In this document: positions 1 through 8,465 of the stretch, one piece after another
How positions within the stretch are numbered: the stretch's first letter is position 1
Layout: every line of letters starts with the position of its first letter
NCBI GenBank assembly: GCA_043801585.1
Contig: JAZDLX010000059.1
Location: forward strand, 1 to 24,883
DNA: 24,883 nucleotides
Origin: a bacterium
GTDB taxonomy: Bacteria; Electryoneota; Electryoneia; Electryoneales; Electryoneaceae
Direction: 5' to 3'
Translations under genes and position numbers: made by a program
Notes under the pieces: model-generated
What the model saw: only the letters and a program-made list of their open reading frames with translations
What the model was told of the DNA's origin: nothing
Databases searched by the model: none

Positions 1-285
1 GGTGACTTTGTGATGTGTCCCGACGCCGAGCCAGATCGCACCCGCGCAGGTGCCCAGGAGGAGTTTCCCCGCCTCAGCCTCTTCCGTCAGAAGGGTGTGA
101 ATCCCGTAACGCCGTCCGAGCAGGTCGATCGTCGAGGATTCACCGCCGGGGACGATATAGGCGTCCGGACGATGGCGCAGGCCGTCCTCACGGCGACGGA
201 TTTGTACACTTTCGACGCCGATGTCCGCGAGTGCCTTCTGGTGGGTTTCGAAATCTCCCTGCAACGCCACAACGCCGACAAGCAT
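1..285 (-). CDS. pdxT: Pyridoxal 5'-phosphate synthase glutaminase subunit PdxT (5' part; runs off the window edge; absent from the ORF track)
   Basis: Manual translation from ATG at 285: MLVGVVALQGDFETHQKAL...AYIVPGGESSTI...LLGTCAGAIWL. It has the PdxT motifs ALQGDF, PGGES and the GTCAG nucleophile. AAGGAAG RBS upstream; lies downstream of pdxS. Confidence 0.95.
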   Translation of the reverse strand, partial: MLVGVVALQGDFETHQKALADIGVESVQIRRREDGLRHRPDAYIVPGGESSTIDLLGRRYGIHTLLTEEAEAGKLLLGTCAGAIWLGVGTHHKVT

Positions 286-309
286 TTTATCTTCCTTATC
301 GAATTTAAA

Positions 310-405
310 AACAGCTATTGAGTGACAGTTACCTAATTCAAAAAGCGATGTGATGAAAAAAACGTTTCAACACTCGAATTAGGTAACTGTCACTCAATAG
401 CTGTT
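310..405. repeat. 96-bp palindromic element: perfect 30-bp inverted repeat with a partly paired spacer (REPIN/MITE-like)
   Basis: 310-339 AACAGCTATTGAGTGACAGTTACCTAATTC is the exact reverse complement of 376-405. The spacer also pairs (GTG-A-TGAAA 350-358 with TTTCA-A-CAC 365-373). Confidence 0.9.
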
Positions 406-435
406 GTGTTCCCTTTTTCATTTGAGGACGGTATC

Positions 436-1371
436 TCACCAGCCGCGAGAAGCCAGTTTCTCCTCTTCGGGCATGGTGCGCACATCGAGGCCGGTCATTA
501 CAGCGCCCTGGTCACGCTGCGCCGCGAGCACTTCCGCCGGATCCTGGTAGTGTGTCACCGCTCGGACAATTGCCGCCGCGAGGGCGCTCTGCACCTTGAT
601 CTTTTCCTTTTCCGGAAGGTCCACGCCCGCCTTGAAAATGCCGCTCCCGACGAAAACCGTCTCCGCGCCGAGCTGCATCATCATTGCCGCATCCGCGGGG
701 GTTGCCACACCGCCCGCAGCAAAATTCGGTACCGGCATCCTGCCATGCTCGTGGACATATTTCACCAGCTCGTAAGGCGCCTGCAGCTCCTTGGCGACCT
801 TCATCAGTTCGTCGGAGGGCATCGTGTGGATGCGCCGCATGTCCGCCATCACCAGCCGCATGTGACGGACAGCTTCCACCACGTTTCCAGTGCCCGCCTC
901 GCCCTTGGTGCGGATCATCGCGGCGCCCTCTCCAATCCGGCGAAGCGCTTCACCGAGGTTGCGGCAACCGCAGACGAAGGGGACTCTGAACGGATGCTTG
1001 TCGATATGGTTTTCTTCATCGGCAGGGGTGAGCACTTCGGATTCGTCGATGAAATCCACTCCGAGTTCCTCGAGGATCTGCGCTTCGACAAAATGGCCGA
1101 TACGGACTTTTGCCATCACCGGAATCTGGACGGTGCTCATGATTTCTTCGAGCACGTCGATACGGCTCATCCGGGCGACGCCGCCCTCTTTGCGAATGTC
1201 CGCCGGGACGCGTTCGAGGGCCATCACCGACGCTGCGCCAGCGTCCTCGGCGATCTTCGCCTGTTCAGCGTTGGTGACGTCCATAATCACGCCGCCGCGA
1301 AGCATGTCCGCGAGGCCGACTTTCACCTCAAACGTGCGCTCGTTTCCGTTGGTGCTTCTGCTGCTCATCAC
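436..1371 (-). CDS. pdxS: Pyridoxal 5'-phosphate synthase lyase subunit PdxS
   Basis: Motifs [64 protein letters not shown] and C-terminal RGW. Start is GTG 1371 or ATG 1368 after AAAGGTG. Confidence 0.98.
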   Translation of the reverse strand: MMSSRSTNGNERTFEVKVGLADMLRGGVIMDVTNAEQAKIAEDAGAASVMALERVPADIRKEGGVARMSRIDVLEEIMSTVQIPVMAKVRIGHFVEAQILEELGVDFIDESEVLTPADEENHIDKHPFRVPFVCGCRNLGEALRRIGEGAAMIRTKGEAGTGNVVEAVRHMRLVMADMRRIHTMPSDELMKVAKELQAPYELVKYVHEHGRMPVPNFAAGGVATPADAAMMMQLGAETVFVGSGIFKAGVDLPEKEKIKVQSALAAAIVRAVTHYQDPAEVLAAQRDQGAVMTGLDVRTMPEEEKLASRGW

Positions 1372-1605
1372 TTCACCTTTTGGTAAGGATCATCTTGTTA
1401 CTGAACAACTTGAATAAACGTTGTGCGCTTCCTGGAAGACAACGCTACCCACAAGGGGCTGTTCAAATATACAAATGGAAAAGCCGCACACTCGTGGGCC
1501 GGAAGAGATATTCTCCAGGGTCGGGTGAATGTCAGTGCGAAATGGTTTACGTTTAGGTGTTTAGTCTGAGCAATGGGTGGCCCCTGTCGCAGGAGCCGCA
1601 TGCTT

Positions 1606-1655
1606 AAAAGTGACAGTTACCTTTGAAAATACACACAAAGGGAACTGTCACTTTT
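1606..1655. repeat. 50-bp palindromic element: 20-bp inverted repeat (1 mismatch) sharing the core AGTGACAGTTACCT with 310-405
   Basis: AAAAGTGACAGTTACCTTTG (1606-1625) versus CAAAGGGAACTGTCACTTTT (1636-1655), 10-bp spacer. Confidence 0.85.
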
Positions 1656-1722
1656 GCTCAAATTGCTGCGGGATGGCCCTGTCCCGAATAGGCGGGTCGG
1701 GCCACCCTGTCTGGCTTAACGC

Positions 1723-1749
1723 AAAAACGCCCGCATGTGAGTGCGGGCG
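1723..1749 (-). terminator. Rho-independent terminator downstream of kbl
   Basis: Minus strand reads CGCCCGCA-CTCACA-TGCGGGCG followed by TTTTT, about 24 nt after the kbl stop. Confidence 0.8.
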
Positions 1750-1772
1750 CCTGTTGAATTGAATAGGATCAG

Positions 1773-2960
1773 TTACTTCAACACCCCCAGTTTCTTCCCG
1801 ACCCGTGTGAAGGCCGCGATGGCGGTGTCGATCTGGGCGGCGGAGTGGGCGGCGCTGATCTGGACACGGATGCGCGCCTGGCCCTCGGGAACGACCGGGT
1901 AGAAAAAGCCGATTACATAGACACCCTCATCGAGTAGTTCGGCGGCGAATTTCTGGGCGAGTGGAGCGTCGTAGAGCATGATCGGGACGATGGGTGTGTT
2001 TCCCGGCTTGATATCGAAACCCTGTTCCTTCATCATGGTGCGGAAATAATCGGTGTTCTTCCGCAACGTTTCGATCAACTCCTGTGATTCGCTGATCAGG
2101 TCGAAGGCTTTCAGCGAGGCTTCCGCAATCACCGGGCTCAGCGAATTGCTGAAGAGATAGGGACGCCCGCGCTGGCGGAGCAGGTCGATGATCTCCTGGC
2201 GTGCGGCGATAAACCCGCCGGAGGCGCCACCCATCGCCTTTCCCAGGGTGGAGGTGATTACATCGATCCGGTCGAGGACGCCGTGAAACTCCCCGGTGCC
2301 CTTGCCATGCTCGCCGATGAACCCTGTGGCGTGGGAGTCGTCCACACCGACGAGGGCGTCGTATTTGTCAGCGAGGTCGCAGATCCCGGGCAGGTTCGCC
2401 ATATCTCCGTCCATGCTGAAGACGCCGTCGGTGAAGACGATCCGGAAACGCTGTTTCTGGGCCTTTTTAAGCTGCTCCTCGAGGTCCGCCATGTCGGAGT
2501 GCTTGTAACGGTACCGTTCCGCCTTGGAAAGCCGGACGCCGTCGATGATGCTGGCGTGGTTCAACTCGTCGGAGATGATCGCATCTTCCGGGCCGAAGAG
2601 CGGTTCGAAGAGCGCGCCATTGGCGTCGAAGCAACTCGAAAAGAGGATTGCGTCGTCTTTCTCAAGAAATTCCGCAATCCGTTCCTCGAGTGTCTTGTGG
2701 ACGTTTTGAGTTCCGCAGATAAAACGGACGGAGGAGAGGCCGTATCCCCATTTGTTAAGCCCCTGACGTGCCGCCTCGATCAGGTCGGGATGGCTGGAAA
2801 GTCCGAGATAGTTGTTCGCGCAGAAGTTGAGAACTTCCCCCTGTGGAACCTTCACCTTCGCACCCTGAGGAGTTTGCAGAATCCGTTCGTCCTTGTAAAG
2901 TCCTGCCTCCTGGATGGATTCCAACTCCTTGCCGAGATACTCCTTCATCGCTCCGTACAT
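1773..2960 (-). CDS. kbl: Glycine C-acetyltransferase (2-amino-3-ketobutyrate CoA ligase), PLP-dependent
   Basis: Motifs [60 protein letters not shown] (PLP lysine), RPYLFSN and ARIRVQIS. Start moved from 3077 to ATG 2960, which follows AGGGAGAAGG. Confidence 0.95.
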   Translation of the reverse strand: MYGAMKEYLGKELESIQEAGLYKDERILQTPQGAKVKVPQGEVLNFCANNYLGLSSHPDLIEAARQGLNKWGYGLSSVRFICGTQNVHKTLEERIAEFLEKDDAILFSSCFDANGALFEPLFGPEDAIISDELNHASIIDGVRLSKAERYRYKHSDMADLEEQLKKAQKQRFRIVFTDGVFSMDGDMANLPGICDLADKYDALVGVDDSHATGFIGEHGKGTGEFHGVLDRIDVITSTLGKAMGGASGGFIAARQEIIDLLRQRGRPYLFSNSLSPVIAEASLKAFDLISESQELIETLRKNTDYFRTMMKEQGFDIKPGNTPIVPIMLYDAPLAQKFAAELLDEGVYVIGFFYPVVPEGQARIRVQISAAHSAAQIDTAIAAFTRVGKKLGVLK

Positions 2961-3210
2961 GGCCTTCTCCCTGAGGAGTGGTTTGATGTGAATGGTCTGG
3001 ATAAGATCGAAATGTGCCGAGTAGCATAAAGATAAGGGGTAGATTAGGCCTCTGCATCTCGCTGGAGTCGTTTCCATCAGGCGTCTCGATCATCCACCGT
3101 CCTGGAGTTCCTGCGTGACAGTTCGCTTGTGCATTCATCCGAAAGCTTTGCTACTTTGTGCGCCTGAGTGTGAGCCGGATGCCCCGAAAGACTTTTAACT
3201 GGAAATAAAC

Positions 3211-4746
3211 ATGGATCTGACACGACGTGCCGGAGTGCTTCTCCACCCAACCTCCCTGCCCGGTCTAAACGGAATCGGAGAACTCGGCACTGAAGCGCAC
3301 CGCTTTATCGACTGGTTGAAAGAGGCGGGTCAGACACTCTGGCAGGTGATGCCCCTCGGTCCTACCGGCTACGGGGACAGTCCCTACCAGACGTCTTCCG
3401 CCTTCGCCGGAAATCCAATGATGATCAGTCTCGACCGCCTCGTCGAGGAGGAGTTGCTCAGCAAGGCGGATCTGACATCCCTGCGAGACCTGCCGCTGGA
3501 TCGGGTAGAATTTGGGCTGGTAATCCTCGCGAAAGGGGACCTTCTTCGCAAGGCGTATGGAGCTTTTCTGAAGAAGAATGATGCTGATCGCAACAATCAG
3601 TTCCAGGAATTTATTGAACGTTATCGCTACTGGCTTGAAGACTTCGCTCTGTTTACGGCGCTGAAACGTCGCTACGAAGGTCGACCCTGGTCAGAATGGC
3701 CGGCCGCTCTGCGGGACCGTTACCCAAACGATCTCGAGCAGGCTCGGGTCCAGCTCGCCGATGAGATCAGGTACCTCACCTGGCTCCAGTTCATCTTCTT
3801 CGAACATTGGTGGTCGGTTCGCCATCACGTTATGGAGAGCGGAATTGTCGTGCTCGGTGACCTGCCTCTGTTTGTTGCTCATGACAGTGTAGATGTCTGG
3901 GTGAACCGTCATCTCTTCCACCTCGATGGCGAAGGGAATCCCACGGTGATCGCCGGAGTGCCGCCGGATTATTTCAGCAAGACCGGGCAACGATGGGGAA
4001 ACCCGCTCTACGACTGGGATGCTCACCGGGCAGAGAGTTACCGCTGGTGGGAGATGCGGCTCCGAGTCACCTTCGACATGGTTGATTGGGTGAGGATCGA
4101 CCATTTCCGCGGGTTGGACGCCTACTGGGAAATTCCCGCTGAAGAGCCAACAGCTGTAATAGGCCGCTGGGTCAAGGCTCCCGGCGCGGAAATGTTTGGC
4201 ACACTGCTGGGACGAATGGGTGACCTTCGGGTGGTGGCGGAAGACCTTGGCGTCATTACTCCTGAAGTGGAAGCCTTGCGCAAACAGTTCCATTTTCCCG
4301 GGATGCGTGTTCTGCAATTCGCCTGGGGTTCCGGACCGGAAAACAGCTTTCTTTCACACAACTACGAACTGGATTCGATTGTTTACTCCGGCACGCACGA
4401 CAACAACACCACGGAAGGGTGGGCGGCGCAGGAGATGACTTCCGACATGCGAAAGAGCATTGAGGAGTACGTCGGCCATACGCCGAAATCCATTTCACAG
4501 GAGCTGATCCGGATCGCCCTCGCATCGGTTGCGGCTGTCGCGGTCGTTCCTATGCAGGACTGGCTGGGGCTTGGCGTTGAGGGGAGGATGAATACCCCCG
4601 GCCGTCCGGAAGGAAACTGGACGTGGCGTGCAACCGAGGACGCTTTTTCGCCGAAGCTCGCGGCACAAATGAGAGAACTTGCGCACCTCTACGGCCGCTT
4701 TGCTTTCGAACGCCCCGATGGTGACGAAGCGGTTCAGGATTCGTGA
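3211..4746 (+). CDS. malQ: 4-alpha-glucanotransferase (amylomaltase, GH77)
   Basis: Motifs RRAGVLLHPTSLP, WQVMPLGP, SPYQ, GDLPLFV, AGVPPDYFSKTGQRWGNPLY, RIDHFRG, AEDLG, GTHDN and RMNTPG...NWTWR. Confidence 0.97.
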   Translation: MDLTRRAGVLLHPTSLPGLNGIGELGTEAHRFIDWLKEAGQTLWQVMPLGPTGYGDSPYQTSSAFAGNPMMISLDRLVEEELLSKADLTSLRDLPLDRVEFGLVILAKGDLLRKAYGAFLKKNDADRNNQFQEFIERYRYWLEDFALFTALKRRYEGRPWSEWPAALRDRYPNDLEQARVQLADEIRYLTWLQFIFFEHWWSVRHHVMESGIVVLGDLPLFVAHDSVDVWVNRHLFHLDGEGNPTVIAGVPPDYFSKTGQRWGNPLYDWDAHRAESYRWWEMRLRVTFDMVDWVRIDHFRGLDAYWEIPAEEPTAVIGRWVKAPGAEMFGTLLGRMGDLRVVAEDLGVITPEVEALRKQFHFPGMRVLQFAWGSGPENSFLSHNYELDSIVYSGTHDNNTTEGWAAQEMTSDMRKSIEEYVGHTPKSISQELIRIALASVAAVAVVPMQDWLGLGVEGRMNTPGRPEGNWTWRATEDAFSPKLAAQMRELAHLYGRFAFERPDGDEAVQDS

Positions 4747-4910
4747 TGGAGAAGCGTTCCAGGATTGCGATTGGAAGACTGGATGAGACGCGCCGGTCGT
4801 GAAATGGAGACGCGATTGCGCCCCTGTGGAGACTGAGATGCCTCCTGTTGATGCCAGAGGAGGGGTTTCATAAGTAGAAATACCAAGACGTTAACACTTG
4901 GAGAGTTGAG

Positions 4911-4950
4911 CGCGGTTGTCACGCTTGCGGGCGAGGCACCGCGTTTGTTT
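4911..4950 (+). terminator. Possible intrinsic terminator in the malQ-topA intergenic region
   Basis: CGCGGT (4911-4916) pairs with ACCGCG (4938-4943), with imperfect inner pairing, followed by TTTGTTT. Confidence 0.35.
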
Positions 4951-5054
4951 ACCTTGGACCCTTGCACGAATCTGGAGTGAACGGGGGTAAAAGCAGTCCA
5001 GCGTGCATAAGTTCACGGTTCGGATTGATTTGCACGATGAGTGATGGGAGCAGC

Positions 5055-7427
5055 ATGGCCAGCAAATTGATGATTGTCGAGTCGCCCGCGAAGGCCAAGA
5101 CGCTGTCCAGGTACCTGGGCAGCGAATACTTGATCAAAGCCTCCATGGGGCACGTGCGCGACCTCCCTGAAAAGAAGCTTTCCGTGGATGTGAAAAAGGA
5201 CTTTGCCCCCAGCTACGAGATTATCGAGCGGAAGAAGAAGACCGTTTCTGAATTGCAGAAAGCGGCGGAAAAGGCCGAGACGGTTCTGCTGGCGACGGAC
5301 CCCGACCGTGAAGGCGAAGCGATCGCATGGCATATAGCACATCTCCTGGAAGGGAAGACCAAAGGGCAGGTGCATCGTGTCATGTTCCACGAGATCACGA
5401 AAAAAGCGGTGCTGGAGGCGGTGGCCAACCCCGGCGAGATCGACCTTCACAAGGTAGACGCCCAACAGGCACGGCGAGTCCTCGACCGTCTCGTCGGCTA
5501 TCTCGTCAGCAGCGAACTGAACAAGGTGATCGCACGCGGACTCTCGGCGGGACGTGTGCAGTCGGTTGCACTCAGGCTCATCGTCGAGCGTGAGGAAGAG
5601 ATCGAGGCGTTCGTTTCCGAGGAGTACTGGATCATCTCCGCGCTTGCACGATTGGCCCACGGCGATCCGTTCATGGTCAAACTCGTGCGCATGGGTGGGG
5701 AAGAGGCGAGCGTCACCGGTGGGGAAATTGCCGAGAAGGTGATCGCCGATTTACAGAAACTCCCGGTACGGCTGTTCGACCTGCGGCATCGAGTCACGAA
5801 GCAGAATCCATTACCACCCTTTACCACCTCCACGCTTCAGCAGGAGGCAGCCCGCCGCCTTTCGATGAGCGTCAGGCGAACGATGACCGTCGCGCAGCGT
5901 CTTTATGAGGGCATCGAACTGGGTAATCACGGTTCGATTGGCTTGATTACCTACATGCGAACCGACTCGACACGAATCAGCCCCGTAGCAATCGGAATGG
6001 CGCGCAACTACATCAAGGAAGCGTACGGCGAAAAATTCCTTTCCGAGCGGCCACGCCAGTACAAGCCGAAAGGGAAACGTGCCCAGGACGCCCATGAGGC
6101 GGTCCGCCCGACCAGCATGGAATGGTCACCCGATAAAGTCAGGAAGTTCCTCGATCGCGACCAGCTTCGTCTCTATGAACTGATCTGGAACCGTTTTCTG
6201 GCAACCCAGATGGCCGAGGCGGTCTATGAAGGCGTGACCGTGGATATTGCCGTCGGCGAAAATGGCGCAGCTCCAGCCGGTTTCGAGAAGGGGGCTGAGA
6301 ACCAGCCACCCTATCTGCTGCGTGCTCTGGGGCGAAAACTGCTGTTCGCGGGTTTCCGCACTCTCTGGGGCGAGGACGAAAACGGTGAGAATGGCAAAGG
6401 TGGAAAAGAAGAACAGGAGAAGCCCACCGAGCTGCCAGCTTATTTGTACCAGCAAGCGCGTGACGAAAAGAGTGAAATGCCCGGTCTGCCGAAGGTTGGT
6501 GATTCCGCTGAAATCAAGAACGTGGAAGGCGAACAGAAATTCACCCAGCCGCCCCCGCGTTACACCGAGTCGAGTCTCGTCAAGATGCTCGACGAACTCG
6601 GGATCGGCCGTCCCTCGACCTACGCCCAGATCATCTCGACCATTCTGGACCGCAACTATGTCGAACGGGAGGAGAAGCGGAAACTGAAACCCACCGAGCT
6701 CGGTCGAACAGTCAACGGCGTGCTCGTTCGTGAATTCGAGGATGTATTCAACGTCAAATTCACCGCTACGATGGAGGAGGCCCTCGACAAGGTGGAGGAG
6801 GGCGCTTCCTGGGTGGAAACCGTCCGCGCCTTCTGGGATCCGTTCAGCAAGGACATCGAGAAGTTCAAGAGCCGGCGGAAAGAGATCAAACAGGACACGA
6901 TGGCGTCCACGGGCCGCACCTGCCCCGAATGTGGTAAGGGAGAGCTCGTGGAACGCTGGGGCCGTTTTGGCAAGTTCATCTCGTGCAACCGCTACCCGGA
7001 ATGCAAGTATATTGAAAAAGTCGCTAATGGGGAGAAGGCCACTCCGGAACCAACCGGACGCGCCTGCCCGAAATGCGGCGAAGGGGAGCTGGTCAAGCGT
7101 CATGGACGTCTGGGCGAGTTCATCGCCTGCAACCGCTACCCGAAGTGCGACTACACCGAGGATCCCAGCCTGCCGAAGATTGCAATTCCCTGTCCTCGCG
7201 AGGGGTGCGGCGGGATGATCACGGCGAAGAAGACAAATCGACGTAAGGTTTTCTACGGGTGCTCGAACTGGAAAGAAAAAGAGTGCAAGGTCGCCTTCTG
7301 GGATCAACCCGTGGAAAAGAAGTGCCCCGATTGCGGGTATCCGTTGATGACGATCAAGGGTGAAAACCTCGTCTGCCCCGAGTGCAAGCACAAGGAACCC
7401 TATGAAGGAGAAGCCGGAGCTGCGTGA
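5055..7427 (+). CDS. topA: DNA topoisomerase I (type IA) with C-terminal C4 zinc ribbons
   Basis: TOPRIM motifs IVESPAKAKT and ATDPDREGEAIAWH; SAGRVQS; active-site LITYMRTD; AQDAHEAVRPT; GIGRPSTYA; repeated CPxC...CNRYPxC ribbons. Start moved to ATG 5055 after GGGAG. Confidence 0.98.
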   Translation: MASKLMIVESPAKAKTLSRYLGSEYLIKASMGHVRDLPEKKLSVDVKKDFAPSYEIIERKKKTVSELQKAAEKAETVLLATDPDREGEAIAWHIAHLLEGKTKGQVHRVMFHEITKKAVLEAVANPGEIDLHKVDAQQARRVLDRLVGYLVSSELNKVIARGLSAGRVQSVALRLIVEREEEIEAFVSEEYWIISALARLAHGDPFMVKLVRMGGEEASVTGGEIAEKVIADLQKLPVRLFDLRHRVTKQNPLPPFTTSTLQQEAARRLSMSVRRTMTVAQRLYEGIELGNHGSIGLITYMRTDSTRISPVAIGMARNYIKEAYGEKFLSERPRQYKPKGKRAQDAHEAVRPTSMEWSPDKVRKFLDRDQLRLYELIWNRFLATQMAEAVYEGVTVDIAVGENGAAPAGFEKGAENQPPYLLRALGRKLLFAGFRTLWGEDENGENGKGGKEEQEKPTELPAYLYQQARDEKSEMPGLPKVGDSAEIKNVEGEQKFTQPPPRYTESSLVKMLDELGIGRPSTYAQIISTILDRNYVEREEKRKLKPTELGRTVNGVLVREFEDVFNVKFTATMEEALDKVEEGASWVETVRAFWDPFSKDIEKFKSRRKEIKQDTMASTGRTCPECGKGELVERWGRFGKFISCNRYPECKYIEKVANGEKATPEPTGRACPKCGEGELVKRHGRLGEFIACNRYPKCDYTEDPSLPKIAIPCPREGCGGMITAKKTNRRKVFYGCSNWKEKECKVAFWDQPVEKKCPDCGYPLMTIKGENLVCPECKHKEPYEGEAGAA

Positions 7428-8322
7428 CCTGATGGCCGATTGGCTGGACCATCTGAAAGCCGTCCGCAACGCCTCCGAGCACACTCTCAAGGGTTATTCC
7501 AGCGACCTTGGCGCGTTTCTGAACCATCTGGAAACGGTCAGCGGCCATCTTCCTCCCCCGGAAAAAATACCCATGCGGTGGATACGCCGATATCTCGGTC
7601 TGCGCAACGAGCAGGGGGCGAGTCGTCGAAGTATCGCGCGTACACTATCTTCCTTAAAAGGGTTTTTTCGTTATCTTGTAGAAGTCGGTGTTCTGGCCGA
7701 TTCGCCCGCGGAAGCCATCGAGGGACCGCGTCTCGAACGAAGGCTCCCGGATGTGCCGTCTGAAGAGACGGTGGAACGGGCGATTGACAATCTTGCGGAT
7801 CGCGACCCCGTGCGGCAGGTTCGTGACAGGACGCTGCTGGAACTGCTGTATGGTTGCGGATTACGGGTTGCGGAAGTGGTCAGCCTGGATGTCGATTCCC
7901 TGGACCTGGGTGGAGGCTGGTTGCGCGTCATCGGCAAGCGTCGGAAACAGCGTGTGGTCCCGCTTGGCAGCCGCGCCACGGAAGCTGTGAGGAACTGGTT
8001 GGAAATGCGTTCCGAATGGGCGGGGGAGTCGACCGGAGATGCCCTGTTGCTCGGAGAACGCGGCGGCCGGTTGGGTGTCCGGAGCGCCTATGCGATTGTC
8101 AACCGCCGCCTCCGCGACGCCGGAGAGCTTGAAGGAGCCCATCCACACGCGCTGCGTCATGCGTTCGCCACCCACATGCTCGAACGGGGCGCGGACCTTT
8201 CATCCGTAAAAGAACTGCTGGGGCATGAGAGCCTTTCAACGACACAGATTTATACGCATGTTACGGCTGAACACCTGAAGCGGGTCTATTCAGGCAAGCA
8301 TCCAAGGGCTCGAAGATCCTGA
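7402..8322 (+). CDS. xerC: Tyrosine recombinase XerC
   Basis: N-terminal SAM-like domain (SEHTLKGYSSDL); RDRTLLELLYGCGLRVAE; GKRRKQRVVP; HPHALRHAFATHMLERGADL..VKELLGHESLSTTQIYTHV. Housekeeping topA-xerC-hpf context. Start uncertain (7402 or 7432). Confidence 0.85.
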   Translation: MKEKPELRDLMADWLDHLKAVRNASEHTLKGYSSDLGAFLNHLETVSGHLPPPEKIPMRWIRRYLGLRNEQGASRRSIARTLSSLKGFFRYLVEVGVLADSPAEAIEGPRLERRLPDVPSEETVERAIDNLADRDPVRQVRDRTLLELLYGCGLRVAEVVSLDVDSLDLGGGWLRVIGKRRKQRVVPLGSRATEAVRNWLEMRSEWAGESTGDALLLGERGGRLGVRSAYAIVNRRLRDAGELEGAHPHALRHAFATHMLERGADLSSVKELLGHESLSTTQIYTHVTAEHLKRVYSGKHPRARRS

Positions 8323-8465
8323 AATTGGATCTTGTTCGAAATCCGCGAGTGACATCATTGACAATCGTTTGTTGGGCGGGGGTGTCCACCCATCATCTGA
8401 TAATAGGAGGCCGCCGGAACCGGCGGGTTCGAACGGTGGCCGGAAGCACTCTCCAGGAGGCAGCC

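Noticed and set aside
310..405. 30-bp repeats with a 36-bp spacer as a CRISPR mini-array
   Set aside because: The repeats are inverted, not direct; there is only one unit and no cas genes.
406..1386. 326-aa plus-strand ORF, and 10..321
   Set aside because: Antisense shadows of pdxS and pdxT with no recognisable motifs; expected from codon bias in GC-rich genes.
2961..3077. N-terminal extensions in the ORF track for kbl, and likewise for topA, hpf, tricorn, amidohydrolase and YihY
   Set aside because: Family homology begins at downstream ATGs, most with better RBS; the extensions are longest-ORF artefacts.
2961..3210. Glycine riboswitch upstream of kbl
   Set aside because: The conserved GGAGA...CCGAAG...CTCTCAGG pattern is not present on the minus strand.
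6126..7490. 454-aa minus-strand ORF, and similar ORFs at 2283..3029, 9011..9742 and 19053..19982
   Set aside because: Antisense shadows of topA, kbl, hprK and the amidohydrolase.
7402..8322. Tyrosine recombinase as a phage or island integrase
   Set aside because: Size, motifs and topA-xerC-hpf context fit housekeeping XerC. No tRNA, att repeat or dif-like site was seen.
8358..8363. Perfect TTGACA -35 box upstream of hpf
   Set aside because: No -10 element at 16-18 bp spacing.
8334..8433. GTTCGAA motifs as tRNA T-loops
   Set aside because: No cloverleaf, acceptor stem or anticodon arm can be built.
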